From positions 480,001 through 544,000 of the forward strand of contig CAVYKI010000009.1 of NCBI GenBank assembly GCA_963769025.1: 64,000 bases of DNA, given 5' to 3'. The notes beneath the pieces were generated by a model that saw only the letters and a list, made by a program, of their open reading frames with translations, had not been told where the DNA came from and made no database searches. The translations under genes were made by a program, and so were the position numbers. Shown piece after piece: positions 63,490 to 64,000 of the stretch. Source of the DNA: an uncultured Verrucomicrobiae bacterium (GTDB lineage: Bacteria; Verrucomicrobiota; Verrucomicrobiia; Chthoniobacterales; Chthoniobacteraceae). Within the stretch, counting starts at the first letter, position 1. Every line of letters begins with the position of its first letter.

Positions 63490-64000
63490 GCGCCATTAAC
63501 AGCATGGACACTGCAACGGACATCCTCTCCGTGGACGCAAAACGTGAGCACCTGCGCGAAATCCTCCGCGCGAATGCCCCGCTGATCATCGCCTACAGCG
63601 GCGGGGTGGACAGCGCGTTCCTGCTCGGCGAGGCGCGCCGCGAACTCGGCGACCGCGTGCTAGGCGTCATCGCCGACAGCCCGAGCCTCCCGCGTCAGGC
63701 GCTCGCGGAAGCCGTCGCGCTCGCGCGCGCCATCGGTGCGCCGCTGGAGGTCGTGAAGACCCTCGAACTCGACAACCCGGACTACGCCGCGAATCCGCCG
63801 AACCGCTGCTATTTTTGCAAAGCGGAACTTTTCCAGACGCTCGACAAACTCGCGCACGACCGCGGCTATCCCGCCATCGCCTACGGCGAAAATGCCGATG
63901 ACATGAAGCAGGATCGTCCGGGCCGCAAGGCGTCGGAGGAATTCCAGATCATCGCGCCGCTGCGCGACGCCGGGCTCACGAAAGCGGAGATCCGCCAGCT
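63486..64000 (+). CDS. larE: LarE-family ATP-dependent sacrificial sulfur transferase (partial, runs off the window)
   Basis: Translated by hand: IAYSGGVDS (PP-loop), N..NRCYFCK.ELF, G.NADD...DRPG..A, PL...GLTK.EIR; ATGA overlap with the upstream stop. Confidence 0.88.
   Translation, partial: MSAINSMDTATDILSVDAKREHLREILRANAPLIIAYSGGVDSAFLLGEARRELGDRVLGVIADSPSLPRQALAEAVALARAIGAPLEVVKTLELDNPDYAANPPNRCYFCKAELFQTLDKLAHDRGYPAIAYGENADDMKQDRPGRKASEEFQIIAPLRDAGLTKAEIRQ

Overview
A high-GC bacterial chromosomal segment. The gene content points to Verrucomicrobiota, probably Chthoniobacter/Spartobacteria-like (inference from sulfatases, PVC-type propeller proteins, a DUF1501-like end and YHYH proteins). 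It holds about 50 protein-coding genes, and I recognised no rRNA, tRNA, CRISPR array or mobile element. Housekeeping genes: tatA, acnA, gmhB-kdsB-pyrG, rlmH-rnr-eda, yciH, folB, DciA-like, ferredoxin, chdC/hemQ and larE. Accessory blocks: (i) copper/redox proteins, namely a PQQ sugar dehydrogenase next to a sulfocyanin-like cupredoxin whose axial Met is replaced by His, a ~1500-aa ThuA-discoidin-SGNH-propeller-azurin fusion, and a single-chain MbnP-MbnH fusion downstream of a YHYH-Ig repeat-sulfatase gene; (ii) sugar-nucleotide genes, namely a degenerate GalU-like gene coupled to a ~1100-aa GHMP-kinase/pyrophosphorylase fusion; (iii) a glycosylation island with GT4-fusion/GH130 and mirror-image methyltransferase/GT2 fusions flanking two GT-C membrane proteins. 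Many genes, including essential pyrG, carry clustered 1-nt indels. These look like long-read consensus errors, so boundaries of those genes are reconstructed by eye. All family calls come from motif recognition, with no database search.
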